From assembly GCA_965153455.1 (NCBI GenBank), contig OZ234493.1:35950213-36014212 (forward strand): a stretch of DNA of 64,000 nt, in the 5' to 3' direction. Source of the DNA: Sphagnum compactum (lineage: Eukaryota). This document shows positions 42,023-54,698 of this stretch, piece by piece. Position 1 is the first letter of the stretch; every line of letters starts with the position of its first letter. Both the position numbers and the translations under genes were made by a program. Under the pieces are notes generated by a model. It saw nothing but the letters and a program-made list of their open reading frames with translations, was not told the origin of the DNA and did no database searches.

Positions 42023-43459
42023 CAAAAAAATTTCAAAAAATAAAAAAAATCTATTGGTGGGTGGGGTTATTTAACTTAATTAATGATGATGAACAACTGA
42101 TAGATAGTGGTGTCTTAAAGAAATACCTAGGTACCACCTGGTGATGATTTTATTTATTTATTTATTTACTTATTTTTCCCCACAAGGAGAAAAAAAACAA
42201 GAAAACAATTTATTTATTTATTTATTTATTTATTACAATATATAATATTATGATAGCCAAAAAAAGACTTGGTGATTTGGGCCTCTCTGCCTGCCTCTTG
42301 CTACTTACTGCTGAAAATACTGCTGTTGCTGCTTGACTTTGTCAGGCTCCTTCTTCCCCAGTTTCAGTTAGTCAGGTGTGCACACACCACAAAACACACA
42401 TGTCACACACACACACACACACACAAACATATATATATAAATTTTTAAAGTTATTTTTATTTTATTTTTTACCCCTTTCTTTCTTTGTGAACTACCTATA
42501 TGAGTTCAATTTTTTGGGAACTCTTTTTTATGAAACATTTTTAAAATTTTATTTTATGTTTGCTACATACCTAATTTGGCTCATAGTTCATTGATGAAAC
42601 TCATTCACCATTTACCATTCTTCATCCATCCTTTTTCCATTATTTGGTCAACTTTGGGATATAACTTCTCTAACAAGTTTTTTTCGCCATGAATAACTTC
42701 ATATCCTCATGAGTTATATACCCCAATCATTCAATTTGAATAATAAGAATAAATATGAACCTATGAGGAGGGATGATGCTTTAACCAAGCCCTATTCTTT
42801 CATCATCTAATACTAAACCTTCATGATCATTATGTCAATGATAACCCACCATGTATGTAGTCCTTTGTCTTGTTTTCCCATGTCTTCTCACCTTCACCTA
42901 CTTTCATGTTAGTATGTATGTTTTTTTTTTAAAAAATTACCATAATCGGGATTATGTTTAAGCTTTTCATGGTTAAGCTTATCTTGATTATCATGCTCTT
43001 CACAAGTACCTAATAGCAATGGGGAAAATTACCCACACCCCCCACACACCCAATATTTGTAAATGCCACCCAATTAGGTTTGCCCAAATCCAGGAATTAG
43101 GGTTTGGAAATTTTGCCCAACCCATCATCATAGATGGGTTGACATTGTTATCCAAGTATGTAGGCTAGAGAGCCCAGGCTTTTTTGCACCGCAGTTTTGC
43201 ATGCAACATGATGATGATGATGGATGATGATGATGATGATGATTGTAATAACAACAGTTGGGTCCCCAGTCCACAACAAAACCCTACTCATAGCACAACA
43301 TTGCAAATAGAACTGTGTAAAAAGGTACCTTTTGGGGGGGGGGGGGAGAAGGATTCACACAGCAATCTTCCCAGCTCAAAACCAAATCTTGCTACTAATT
43401 TTTAATCAAAAAACATTATTATAACAACAAAAAATGTGTCATCAGATTTTACTTCCTGT

Positions 43460-43687
43460 CAGTGTGCTTTTTTTCCCCCCCATTTTTTCCATATCAAAAT
43501 TTTGACAAATTTAACCAAAAATAAAATAAAATTAATTAGTCTAATTTGCACTAAAAAAAGAAAAAAATTCCGAGTTTTTCCCAATTTAATTGTCGAAAAA
43601 TAAGGAAATTTCGCCACATAAATAAAATCAAATAAAATCAAATAGATATTTTTAATAATTTTGAAAAAAACAAAAAAAAAAACACTG
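43460..43687. mobile_element. AT-rich MITE with CAGTG termini (hAT-like)
   Basis: Starts cagtgtgctttt and ends aaaaaacactg. Flanks cttcctgt / ctt(ct)cctgt look like a decayed 8-bp TSD. Confidence 0.55.
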
Positions 43688-43785
43688 CTTCTCCTGTCTA
43701 TTACAGATGATCTCACATCTGGTAAATCTGGTAAATATTGCAGAGTACCTTATGGATTTCCTGAGGTACCTACCTACTTACCTAC

Positions 43786-43883
43786 CAGACTTGTCAGAGG
43801 ACCTTTGCAGATCTCGTAAGGTCTTCTTCATCAGTCTGGAACAAGACCTTGCAGATTTGGAAGGTCCTCCGCAGGGCAGGCTG
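43786..43883 (+). ncRNA. Candidate pre-miRNA hairpin
   Basis: 43797-43825 pairs with 43843-43869 (~27 bp, three G-U pairs, two 1-nt bulges on + strand). A basal stem cagacttgtc / ggcaggctg also pairs. No known mature miRNA recognised. Confidence 0.5.
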
Positions 43884-46630
43884 TCCTCACAAGAGAACAA
43901 AACAAATCGCTAGAAAATAAATTTATTTTCTAGCATATTTGGAGGTACCTTGTCCAGCAGAATTTTTCCTCAGAAAAAGGTATATTTTATTTTATCACAG
44001 GGGGAAAAAAAATAAATTAAATAAATTTTTTTTTTCTTGTGGATTATCACATTGGGTAATGCCCTCAAAGGTGGGGTACTAGACCCCAAAAAAATCTATT
44101 TACAATGTGCCACAAATGCGATCACATTTGAATATGAAAAAGAAAATTAAAAAAAAAGAAAATGAAGAGCAAGAATAAAAAAATAAAATAATTTTTGGTT
44201 ATATTTCACCAAAAATCGATATTATAAAAAAATTAATTAAATTTAAATAAAAATAATTTAAATTAAATTTTTAAAAAAAAACTCTGATATTTTGCAGTTA
44301 ATTCCTGACATGTTTGAGGAACAAGTTTATACAAAAAGAAGAAGATCAAAGGTACAGAGAGCTGGCTGCTAGCTAGCCTAGTACTCTTGAGAGGGCTGCT
44401 TACCTCTGCTCTGCTCTGCTCTGCTCTGTTGTTGCTGTGCTTCTGGCAGTAGGAGAATGGGATGAAAGGGAGAAGAAAGAGAGTAAGTAAAAGTAGGTAC
44501 CAAAGCAGAGGAGATCAGATTTAGGGTTTAGGGTTTAGGTGCTGCAGAAGTGGCATCTTAGTTAGCATCTTAGTCAGTGTACTGGAAAAAAAAAACCTAA
44601 AGCAGAGAGTTCTTAGGCAGTAATAATATATTATTTTATTGTTTGTAGAAATGTTGAAATTTTCAACCCACCAATAAAAAAATTAAATTAAATTAAATTA
44701 ATTAATCACCCCCCACCCCCAATAAATAAATTGTGAAGGAAAATAGAGAATCTTTTTTGGAGTCTTCAGGATTTTTTATTTTAAATTTTAAATTTTTAGA
44801 ATTTATTTTATTTTTTGGCTTCTTCTTTCAACATGGAAATTTCTTCAAAATTATTAATTTCATTCCACAAATACAGGGGCTGAATTTTGAATTTCTTTTC
44901 TTGGCATCCAATGAGGTGGAGCTACAACAAGCCAAAAAAAAAATTAATTTCTTCTTTTTTTTTCTTTTTTTTTTCTTCAGTTTTAGGTTAAAGGGTGGAG
45001 GGGGAACTTTGAAGAGAGAGTTTACATTTTATTTTGGACTTTTACAATGCTGTAATTTTGGGAAAATTTGTTTTTCAAAAAATTCAAAAATAAAATAAAA
45101 ATTGTGCCCCAATAAATATTTATGTGTGTGTGTGTGTGTGTGTAATAAAGATACATATAATTTATTTTGTGTAAAACTTTTGAGAATAAAATAATGCCAA
45201 ATTATTATTTAAAAAAAGTGGATTTAATCTTGTTTACTTAAACCAAGTCCACACACAGCTGGATTTCAAAGGATGGGAAAGACTGCCCAAAAAGCAGCAG
45301 TCCAGCAGAGTCATATCTTGGGGCATGGGAAAGGGGGCAGAGGGGGGGGGGCAGCAAGGCAACAAATTTTAGGGGGCAACCCCATGTGGATGGGACCCTT
45401 TGGCAGTATGGAAGTTATTATATTATTATTTATATTTATATTTATAATTTATTATGAATTTTGGGATGGGCCCAACCTGGGTTTATATGCTTTAGACTTT
45501 TCACCCTTTTTGCTCAAAGGGAATCCTATGATGCATGATGGGCCCATGAGGCCAATATAAATTATGGATTAAAATCATTGGATGCTATATATGTGAATTG
45601 GGTTCCATTTATTATTATTATTATTATTATTTTAAATTATTTTCTGGAGCATGTTTGTCTTATATAATTCTGTGCAATCTACTGTTCACATTTGACACAC
45701 TTACACCTTTATTGCTCTCTTTCCATATTTTTATTTTTTATTTTTATTTTTAGGATCCATCTTGACTCTTCCATTTGGTTTGCAAGTGAGTAGGGTTTAG
45801 GGTTTTAGGGATTAGGTTTAGAGTTTTAGGTTGTTGTTAAGAATAGAGATGCATTCATTTTACAATGGGATGAACCTCAAATGTTGATGAGTCATAATGA
45901 TTTTTTGGGGGCACATTTTTTGCAAAAATATTTTTTTCAAAAGAGTATTCTGTCAAAACTCCCTAATTTTAGAAAAATAGAATAAAATCTGCCATTTTTT
46001 ATTAAAATTTTAAAAGTAGCCAAAGATTGCCACAAATTGCTTACAAATATATGAAAGGGTGCTCAAAGATTTCTACTTTCATATTTTGAATATTGTCAAA
46101 TTTGGCTATAAACTTATGGATGATCCACCACTTGAGCAAACATCACAAAATTGAATAATAACGATATTATAGTTTTTTGAAGAGTTTCATCCATCTGAAA
46201 AGAATTTAGGCATGCAATGTATTATAAGTATGGATGTACTTATTTGCTTCTATTAATTAGTGATGGATGCACCAAATAGTTTTTTTTTTTCCCCTCTTCT
46301 TTAAAATGAGTCATTTGATTGGCCCACCACCAATATTTTTGGAACCTCGGGCACTCCCCAACATAGAAGCCTAAATATGCTTCCCTCCCCCCCAAAAATA
46401 TATGCATGCTTTGTCATGCTTTGGGCCTGCCTGCACCTTAACCCTCCCTTTAGGATTTATATAAATGGAAGTTGAACCCCGACCAAACAATATGGGGTAA
46501 AGAAAAATGAAGTGCTGTTGTGAACATTTTACAAAACACATTGGGAACTTGACGGAAACACATTGGGAACTTGATGGGAACACCTTGGGAATAGACAAGT
46601 GTAGGGTAAAGCCCAAGGCTGCAGGCTTTA

Positions 46631-47418
46631 CTAGAACTAGTGGGTACCCGTGACCTTCGGACACTGTGAAGTCCCCCGGTTTCTTTAAACCAAGAGAGAC
46701 ACACGAGGGTGCACAGGGCACGATGGGCAGGCCAAACCGGGGGGTCGAAGAGCGCCACTTCCGCTCGCTGCAAATGCAACGCAACGTGCCAGCCCCTTCC
46801 CTTCTCGAGGGACACAGAGAAAGGAGAGAGACGACCGAGCTCGGGTACCCGGGCCGGTGTCGACGACAGCCCCCGGAAACACACGGGCCCCTTCCCTTCT
46901 CGAGCTACAGAGAGAAAGGAGAGAGACGACCGAGCTCGGGTACCCGGGCCGGTGTTGGCGACAGCCCCCGGAAACACACGGGCCCTGTTCCGGTCCACCC
47001 GTGGCAAAGAGCTTGGTTTATGGCCCGGGACCCGGGTCTTCGTGGGGAGACCGGGCTTCATCACCGCCCCGGTTTAATACTTACTCCAGCGGTTCCACAC
47101 ACCTGGGCGCCGCCCAGCCCGCGCCAGGTTTTTTTTTACCGTTCGGCTCTTTGACCGTAGGCACCCCAGTAAGTAATTTGAAGCCTGGGCGTTGGGACTT
47201 GGGACTGAGGACAGTTTTTGGGCCCTCGAATTCGGGGGGACACTTTTTCAAACCTTGGCGGTTCTGGGTTTCAGGACCTAGGTTTCAAGACCTCGACAGA
47301 CGGACAGACGGACAACTTTTTCAAACCTTTGCGGTTCTGGGTTTCAGGATCTGAGTTTCAAGACTTCGACACACAGACGAACAGACAGACATCACCATGT
47401 TTGCTTTAATATATTAGA
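46631..47418 (-). mobile_element. Non-autonomous Helitron (788 bp, GC-rich)
   Basis: On the minus strand it begins A|TCTAATATATTAAAG and ends ...CTAGTTCTAG|T, i.e. TC...CTAG inserted in an AT target with no TSD. Subterminal hairpin gtgtcc-gaa-ggtcac near the 3' end, (TCTG)-like repeats near the 5' end, and a sharp GC contrast with the flanks. Confidence 0.8.
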
Positions 47419-47979
47419 TAAGGGCCCATAAGAGGCAGAGTCAAGGTGGACTTGAGTCGGTAAAGCTCAAGCTTGTTGCCAAGGGCTTTACCAAAATATG
47501 GTTCTTCTTTTTTTTCTTTTTTTAAATAATTTTATTTTAATTCTTTTTTTCTTTTTTTCCTTTGTTTAGGGGTGAGAATTGTTCGTTCCAGTTTAGGAAA
47601 TTTAAGAACCCGCTCAGTTCAGTTTTATATATTTAATCTTTTTATTTTATTACAGAACCAGCCAGGGTTTCAAAAAAAAATTCATCTATAAATTCATCCA
47701 ATAGTCATGAAAACAATTCTCAAAAATGTGAGAATTGTCAGTTTTCAAAGGTAACCAACCCTTCACAACTGGATGTCAAAAAAAATTAAAAACTTGATTT
47801 TTAAAATCTGATTTTAAATTTTTTTTCAAAAAATGATTACAAATTTTTTTAATAAAATTCAAGGATGAAAGAAAATTGATGAATATCATAAAGGAACATA
47901 AGAATATTTGATAAAAAATGAATCTATCGCAATTTCACATGTTCACAATTTCATCCTTCCCAAAGGATCTTTCAAAAAA

Positions 47980-49812
47980 ATTTAATTTTTCTTCTAACTC
48001 CATATCCATCTCAATTAACTTCACTAAATTAAAGGGTGTTTTATAATCAACTTTATAATCATTAGGCTAATTCTTATTTACAAAAATCTATTTTTTAAGT
48101 TTATCATATTGTAAACAACAAAGACCCTTTTTTATATTTGAAGCCAACAAGGTTAATTCATTAACCATCCCAAGATCTTCATCCATTATTTTGTTAAAGC
48201 TAGGGGGATTTTCCAATTCTTTCATTAATTTTGTGTCCATGGTGCAGAATGAAATGCATTGGTTAAAAGCCAATGTCCATGAGATTGGTTCAATACACAT
48301 GCACTAATTACAAGGGGAAATAACATCAACAAGTATTTGTGCAACATGCCAAGTAAAAGGAGTTGGGACATGAACACTTATCCTTATAGTAATCCATTTA
48401 CTATAACAATGGACAATTGCCTCACAATATTGCAAAGCTTCTTAAAATAATATCACTTTGCTTGCAAACCACCATGCATCATGTTAGCATTCCAATAAGA
48501 AAATAATGACAAAAAGTTTTAAAACTCAAAAAATAATTCAAAGAAAATTACCTTATTTTCACTAACATGTTTAGCTTCCGCGGGTGAAGACTAAAAGTAA
48601 TATAAGTTTTGTTCCATTCTTGTTTACCCTTTCTAGATTTTTTTTGGTCATGTTACACATTTCTACAAATCTAATTCCGCACAACTAATGGACATTTCCT
48701 TAAAAATTTTGCACATTTTTTCCTTTGTTGTCCCATACTAGCAAGCCTTAAAGAAAACGTGACCTAAGTAAGAGCCCTAAAAAATTTATTCCAAACCCAA
48801 AGTTTCACAACACACAACATACTTGAAAGCATTGGTCAGGGCAATTAAGTTTGATCTTTTATTTTTAACACAAGCAATTATTTGCTTCCTTGAGCCGAAC
48901 TGATCCAATAGCTTTGTCAAATTTCTTGCCAATACTTGCATTGTAGTCTTTCATGCTTCAAACAATTAAATTGATCGCAAAAGCAAAAACATCGCATGTT
49001 CCATGATACATCCACATATCAAAACTAGTTGTTATGGAAATATAATCTTCTAGCAATTGCAAAACATATTTCTATTTACATTTTGCCACCAACCCAAGCA
49101 AGATTTCTTGTGAGAATTTTTTAATATATGGAAACAACAATCTTGAACCTAAATGCATTGCAAATTGTTTTAGCCATATATTCTCAACAAACTACATTGG
49201 AAAATGGTTTTTGATTATTAATAGTGCCAAATCTTCCAATTTTCCTTTTTGTTGCAGTTCATCTTTTCTGAAAGGGACTATGGAACCAAAAAAGTTTTAA
49301 ATGGAAGTTCCAAATATGTTAGGTTCTTTTTTTAGCTACTCGTTTTACAACATTTTTTTTGACAAAATGCTTCATTCCTCTTCAAATTTCTTTGCAAGCA
49401 CAACATGATCTTCATCCACATGTTTTTAAAAAGTTATTATTCCATATGTTTTAAAATATGAAATAATTCCTTTTCTCAAATTTGTTTTAGAATTTGCAAC
49501 AATCATTAAATTAGGATAACATACATGACATCTCATTAGTTGAGGAGCTTGGTTATCAACTTTTGCATTGTTCATTTATATAATAAAATGACCAACGTAA
49601 CAAATTTTGATTACGAGGCCTCCATATTTTTCTTTCAACATGCAGTTATTTAAAGATTTTTCTTTTCCCCTTTTCAGTTTGTGAAGTTTTGTTGGATTTA
49701 GTTTGGGGGTTTGAAAAAAATTAGATATTTCTCCAAGTGGTTCATTGTTCCTTTCAACTTCATTCATAAAAATGTTCAATGACCTATTTTCATTTCGAAA
49801 CAATTGTTCCAT
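47980..49812 (-). pseudogene. Decayed hAT transposase (BED finger, DDE core, C-terminal remnant)
   Basis: Minus-strand fragments MRCHVC...KGIISYFKTYGIITF*KHVDEDH (BED-like), LEDLALLIIKNHFP, TTSFDMWM, LARNLTKLLDQFG..IIACVKNKRSNL, and a C-terminal *PNDYK..LIEMDMELEE. Same family as 33130-33990. Confidence 0.75.
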
Positions 49813-51069
49813 TTTTTTCCAACAATCACAATATTTTTGCTTAAATTAATGGAAAAGAAAAGAAACCTAACAATATCAAAGACATTACACAAGAAGAAGC
49901 ATTTAAAAGGTTACAAAACTAATGGTATGCAAGGTAAAAGACAAATCATTAATTCATCTTTCCTTTCCTCATTATGACATAAAATTGTTAATTATTTTGA
50001 ATGAAAAATAAAAAATAAAAACATATTGTCAAGTTGCAAAATATGCACAACATAACAAAACAAATTATTTTTTAAGAACTAGAAATCAAAAAAAAATCTA
50101 AAGATGCCAAAAGTAAATGAAAGATAAGTAAAGTATATAAAAAATGAAAAATGCAAGAAAAAAAAACTATACAAAATCATAGAAAAAAAAAAGATAGAAA
50201 AGTTAGAAAACAAAAAAAATTCTAAAAAAAAAATTGAAATGCACAAAAATGAAAACAAATACTTACTAAAAAGATGTGACTTTTATGCTCCATAATCTAC
50301 ACAACTAGAAAAGAAATTGTTTTTAAAAATATATGTAGAGACACCTAAAACCATGTTGGCTAGTACTTGAACACTTATTCGTATCTTCCTCATTTCTTCT
50401 TCATTTTAAGTGATTTGAAATGTTATGGGAATGTTAATTTAAGTTGTACAAAAAAAATTTGTACAATGGAAAGGGAGTAATTAAGAAAGAATAAGAAGAA
50501 GAATAAGCTTTTACAAATTACAAAACATGTTTTTCTTCTCTTAAACCCATCTTACTTTGAAAGCTCATGATTTCCCCATCTCTTGTTCAATTTAATCAAT
50601 TTCAAGTGCTTTGGGAGCACCAACTTAACTCTAAAATTCATCTTTGAATGCCAAAGGTAACATAACAAGGTCCAAAGAATGTTTCTCTATTTGGTTACTA
50701 GCTTTCAAATGTTGTGAGATTTTCCTTTTCAAGTTTTTTTAACCCTGCTATTTTCAAGGGACCATAATTTCATCAATTTTGATCAATTTTTGAAGATTTT
50801 TAATGCCTTGGATGTACCAAGACAAGGGCTTCAATTTCTCTTTGGACACCATAAAAAATCCTTTCCTTGTGATTCAGCCTCCTCTAAACCATCAAGTGTA
50901 CATACAAACAAGAAAACCAAAAAAAATTTTAAAAAAAACTTGTGACATTTATGATGGATCACCTCCTCATTCCACAACCTACATGAACAAGAAAGGGGAA
51001 ATACCACACAAAAGGAAACAACAAGCAAACAACAACAATAACAAGTAGGTGATGAGCAAGAAGTTTAAA

Positions 51070-51166
51070 TTTCGATGGGTACTTGAAACATCAATGAGGA
51101 GGAAGCTTGTGTTTCGATGGGTACTTGAAACATCAATGAGGAGGAAGCTTGTGTTTCAATGGGTAC
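51070..51166. repeat. 42-bp tandem duplication (2.3 copies)
   Basis: tttcgatgggtacttgaaacatcaatgaggaggaagcttgtg at 51070 and 51112, partial at 51154. Confidence 0.9.
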
Positions 51167-52818
51167 ATGAGGCATTGTTGAGCAAGTGCCAAGTAACACA
51201 AGAAGGCAACAAGTAGGCGAAAACATTTTGAGAAGGCAATGAGCAAGTGAGAGCAACATGAGTAGGTGTTCAAAAACATGAAAATGCAACATATAGGCAA
51301 GAACTATGCAAGTAGGCAATGAACATGCAAGAGTAAGTGACAAGTAGGAACAAGTGCAAAAATGTGCAAGTGAGCAACAATGAACAACATAACAAACAAG
51401 CAAAAAAAAATTTAAAGTTAATAATGCAAGTTGAAAATTTAATGTAAATTACAATGTGTCAAAAAGAAAGTAAAAAGTGGGCCCAAGCTTGAGCTTGGGT
51501 TCCTTTTATTTTAATGAAGCTGATGTTTTTGTTGAAAGAGGGAAAGGGAGGAAAAAAAATGTTGCTTCAAATTGAAACCATAGTCGCCTTAAACCACCCA
51601 ACTTCTAAAAAAAACTTTTTGCCTAGGAAACTTCTAAAAAATTATTATACCTTGATACCTTGTGCGCCCCCCAAACAATTTCAAAATAAAATAGTCATTT
51701 GACTATACTTTTTATTTTTTTACTATGCATAAAGGCTAAAAACTAGAACCGGATAGGGTCCTATCACCCTACTTAGGTATCATTTCTTTAAACAAAGAGA
51801 ATTGGCCAAGTTTTCATGATACCCAATTCTTCAATGAAAATAAGGGTGACCAATTTGCAACCCATGTATGGGATCTAATGATTGACCTTAAAATTGGGAC
51901 GATTTTCAACCAATTCTTGAGAAACCGCCCAACATTGGTATGTAGCCCGGTGTTGGGCTATTATCACCTTTTTACTCAAATTTAAATTCAATTTTCAAAC
52001 TAAAAACTAGAGAATATTGGTCTTGTGAAAACTTGTATGAAAACCAACCCATTGGTTTTCAATATTGCGAAAATTTGGGACAATGAAAATTAAACCTTTT
52101 CTTTTTTTAAATGTGAGATTCAAGTGGCCATGTTTGTTGAACCCAAGTCTAGTTTTCAAACTCTTTAAAACCTAAAAGTCTATAAGATTTTAGAAGAGTT
52201 TGTTGAAGGGGTGTGATGATAGTTGTTGGATTAGGGTTTTTCCCCTTGCTTTCCATTTATAGAGAACCTCAAAGTGTTGAACTCACCCTCATGCATTCTC
52301 ATTTTTCATTTACATTTTCGTTGTTGTAATGATTGTGAAATGTGAAAAGTGAATTTGTTTTGTGATTATGAAATGCAAGGTTTTTTTTTTTGCTCTTTGA
52401 TTTTTGTTTTGTTTTGTGCATTGTTCATTTGCATTACTACTTCATTATTGTTCTTTCACCCTTGTTCTCTTTCATCCATTGGGCATATGGGCCGTCAAAT
52501 GTGGCAGTTCTCAAAAATCCAAAGAATTAGTTCTGACCCTTCACCCATGGGTTCTCAAAAATCAAAGAACTCGTCAAAAGGCCTACATTGAAATACTAAA
52601 CCTTTTGATCATTCCTTTGCAAAACCCACCATTCTACGACAACTTTCAAAACCTGAAACTGGAGCTTCTCTTATTCTGAATTTTTCAAACACCCAAGGAA
52701 CCAGAGTTAGATAGCCATTAGAAAATAGTACAAAGTACAAACCACTTTTGATAATCTACAAATCAAAATGCTCATGAATATAATCATTTTGAATGGATTT
52801 ATTAACTCGCATGCATCA

Positions 52819-52930
52819 TCACAACATGACACATTGTTATGCATTTGTCACAACATGACACATTGTTATGCATTTGTACACAACATGACATATTGTTATT
52901 ATATGCATTTGTCACAACATGACACATTGT
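52819..52930. repeat. ~29-34 bp minisatellite, ~4 copies
   Basis: cacaacatgacacattgttatgcatttgt repeated. Confidence 0.9.
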
Positions 52931-54698
52931 GAAACATGTTTTAAGTCGAATTCCTCAGTATTGTTCTTTGTACTACGATGAATTGTGTTTGGATTTGTAC
53001 AAACACACACAATTGTAACATTTGCTTAAATACATCCCATCTTGTACCACCTCTTTTAGTCCTGGATTTCATCACTAAATATGTGGTCACCTCTTTGACC
53101 TCCTTGGTCCTCTGCGACATTACTAAATAAGCCAATTCAGTACTAAATTTCGTGCTTAATTCTAAAGATGGCAAATGAAGAAAATTCACTGAAATTTAGC
53201 TGTTGACATTTCAGATTTTCAAATTTGATAACATAACAGCAACCAATAGTGGCATGAACGAAGAACACCATGCCTAAGAAAAGAGAAAACACAAGACCAA
53301 AAACAAAACTGAGGAGCAGTTTGAACAACAATGGCTGTTCATATGCATGTTCAAGTACCTTCAATAGCAACATGTATGGAATTGAACACCTACCATAACA
53401 TCCCCATTGCCTTCATCAGCTCCTAGTAATAGGTGGAGGTTAAGGTCAAACGTTAGCCAGTGTACTAACTTTCTATCAGAAGAAACGTTTGGCAGCAATG
53501 GACTAACTCAGCCATCATGCTGCGTAGCTGAACAAGGGGAAAACCAAAAACCCAAGAAGAAAGAAAAGCTCAACAAAACCTGAAACAGAAGAAGACCAAA
53601 CAATCTAAGGAGAAGAGCTACATAAGACAAAGACAGGAGAAGGCAGGAAAATGAAAAATCTAAACAAGAATAGAGGAAGAAAAAAGAGAGAAAGAAGTTG
53701 CTGCCACTGCCAAATCTAAGCTAGAAGTACACTTAAGCTCACAAAACGATTTCAGTATATGCCACCAAATATCCAGCCATTGAAGACCCTGACATTGATC
53801 AGAAGCTCATATCCGATGTGAGAAAATTTACCTTAAAAGTGTGCTGAATGATGTCATCTGCATGCCTACTAATGTATCCATACTTGACATAACCCATCTG
53901 TCCACTGTTCCTCAGCAACAACCACCAAAGAGATAGGCAAGTGATGGCAAATGCCATGTTCCTGTCAAACACAATTTAACACTGCACAGACTCTCATGGA
54001 AGAGCACAACATCTCACAATGGTCAGTGAAATAACAGGTACAAGGAGTGACAATTGATGCTTTTGAGACAATCTTTCACTTCCCTTTGAATTCTTGATTT
54101 CCTCTGAAGGCACAAAAGACATTTGCTTGAGCTTTCTGAGCCACTGGATGATACATTGACATTCTGTACTACCCTCTCAAGCATGCGTTCAGACATGCTA
54201 TGTCTTGTGCCTACAGAAGCTCTTATTGGCTTCATAAAATAGCCAGGGGCCATGCTTGGCTCCAATATGGCCAAGTGGATCAGATTCTCTAAGCTATATA
54301 CTTGACAATTTGAAGACCAGGGCAAAGATTTAACATCAGTGTTTGTCCTCACTTGGCCTCATGTTGTGTAGCTAGACTGGAACAACAAATCCAACAGGTA
54401 GAACAGCAGACAAGCTACAATAGATGTTTGCCAATAGCGCTCAACCCATGCCTCACCTCTTACTGCTTGATCAAATCCAAATCTGAGGTGACACAAGGAT
54501 AAGTACAGACACCTGGTGCACTGTTAATCTGGAAAGGTGGGATTCACACTTCCTAAATTTCAGATGCTTTGTCTCTCCTCAACTTCTGGGCAAATACTGT
54601 TGGCTGGATGTCTCTGGATCCCACTATTCAAAGTCATATCATGACAGACTTAAGTGTCCTGCAATATTCTACTCTACCCTACAAAAAAGCACCCAGTT

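Noticed and set aside
46837-46863. gagctcgggtacccggg...gtcgac resembles the pUC SacI-KpnI-SmaI-SalI polylinker (vector contamination?)
   Set aside because: It has an extra G, lacks the BamHI/XbaI sites and lacZ flanks, and occurs twice with divergence inside a Helitron-bounded element.
46371-47409. Overlapping 120-200 aa ORFs on both strands
   Set aside because: By-product of GC-rich repeated Helitron DNA; no recognisable protein motifs.
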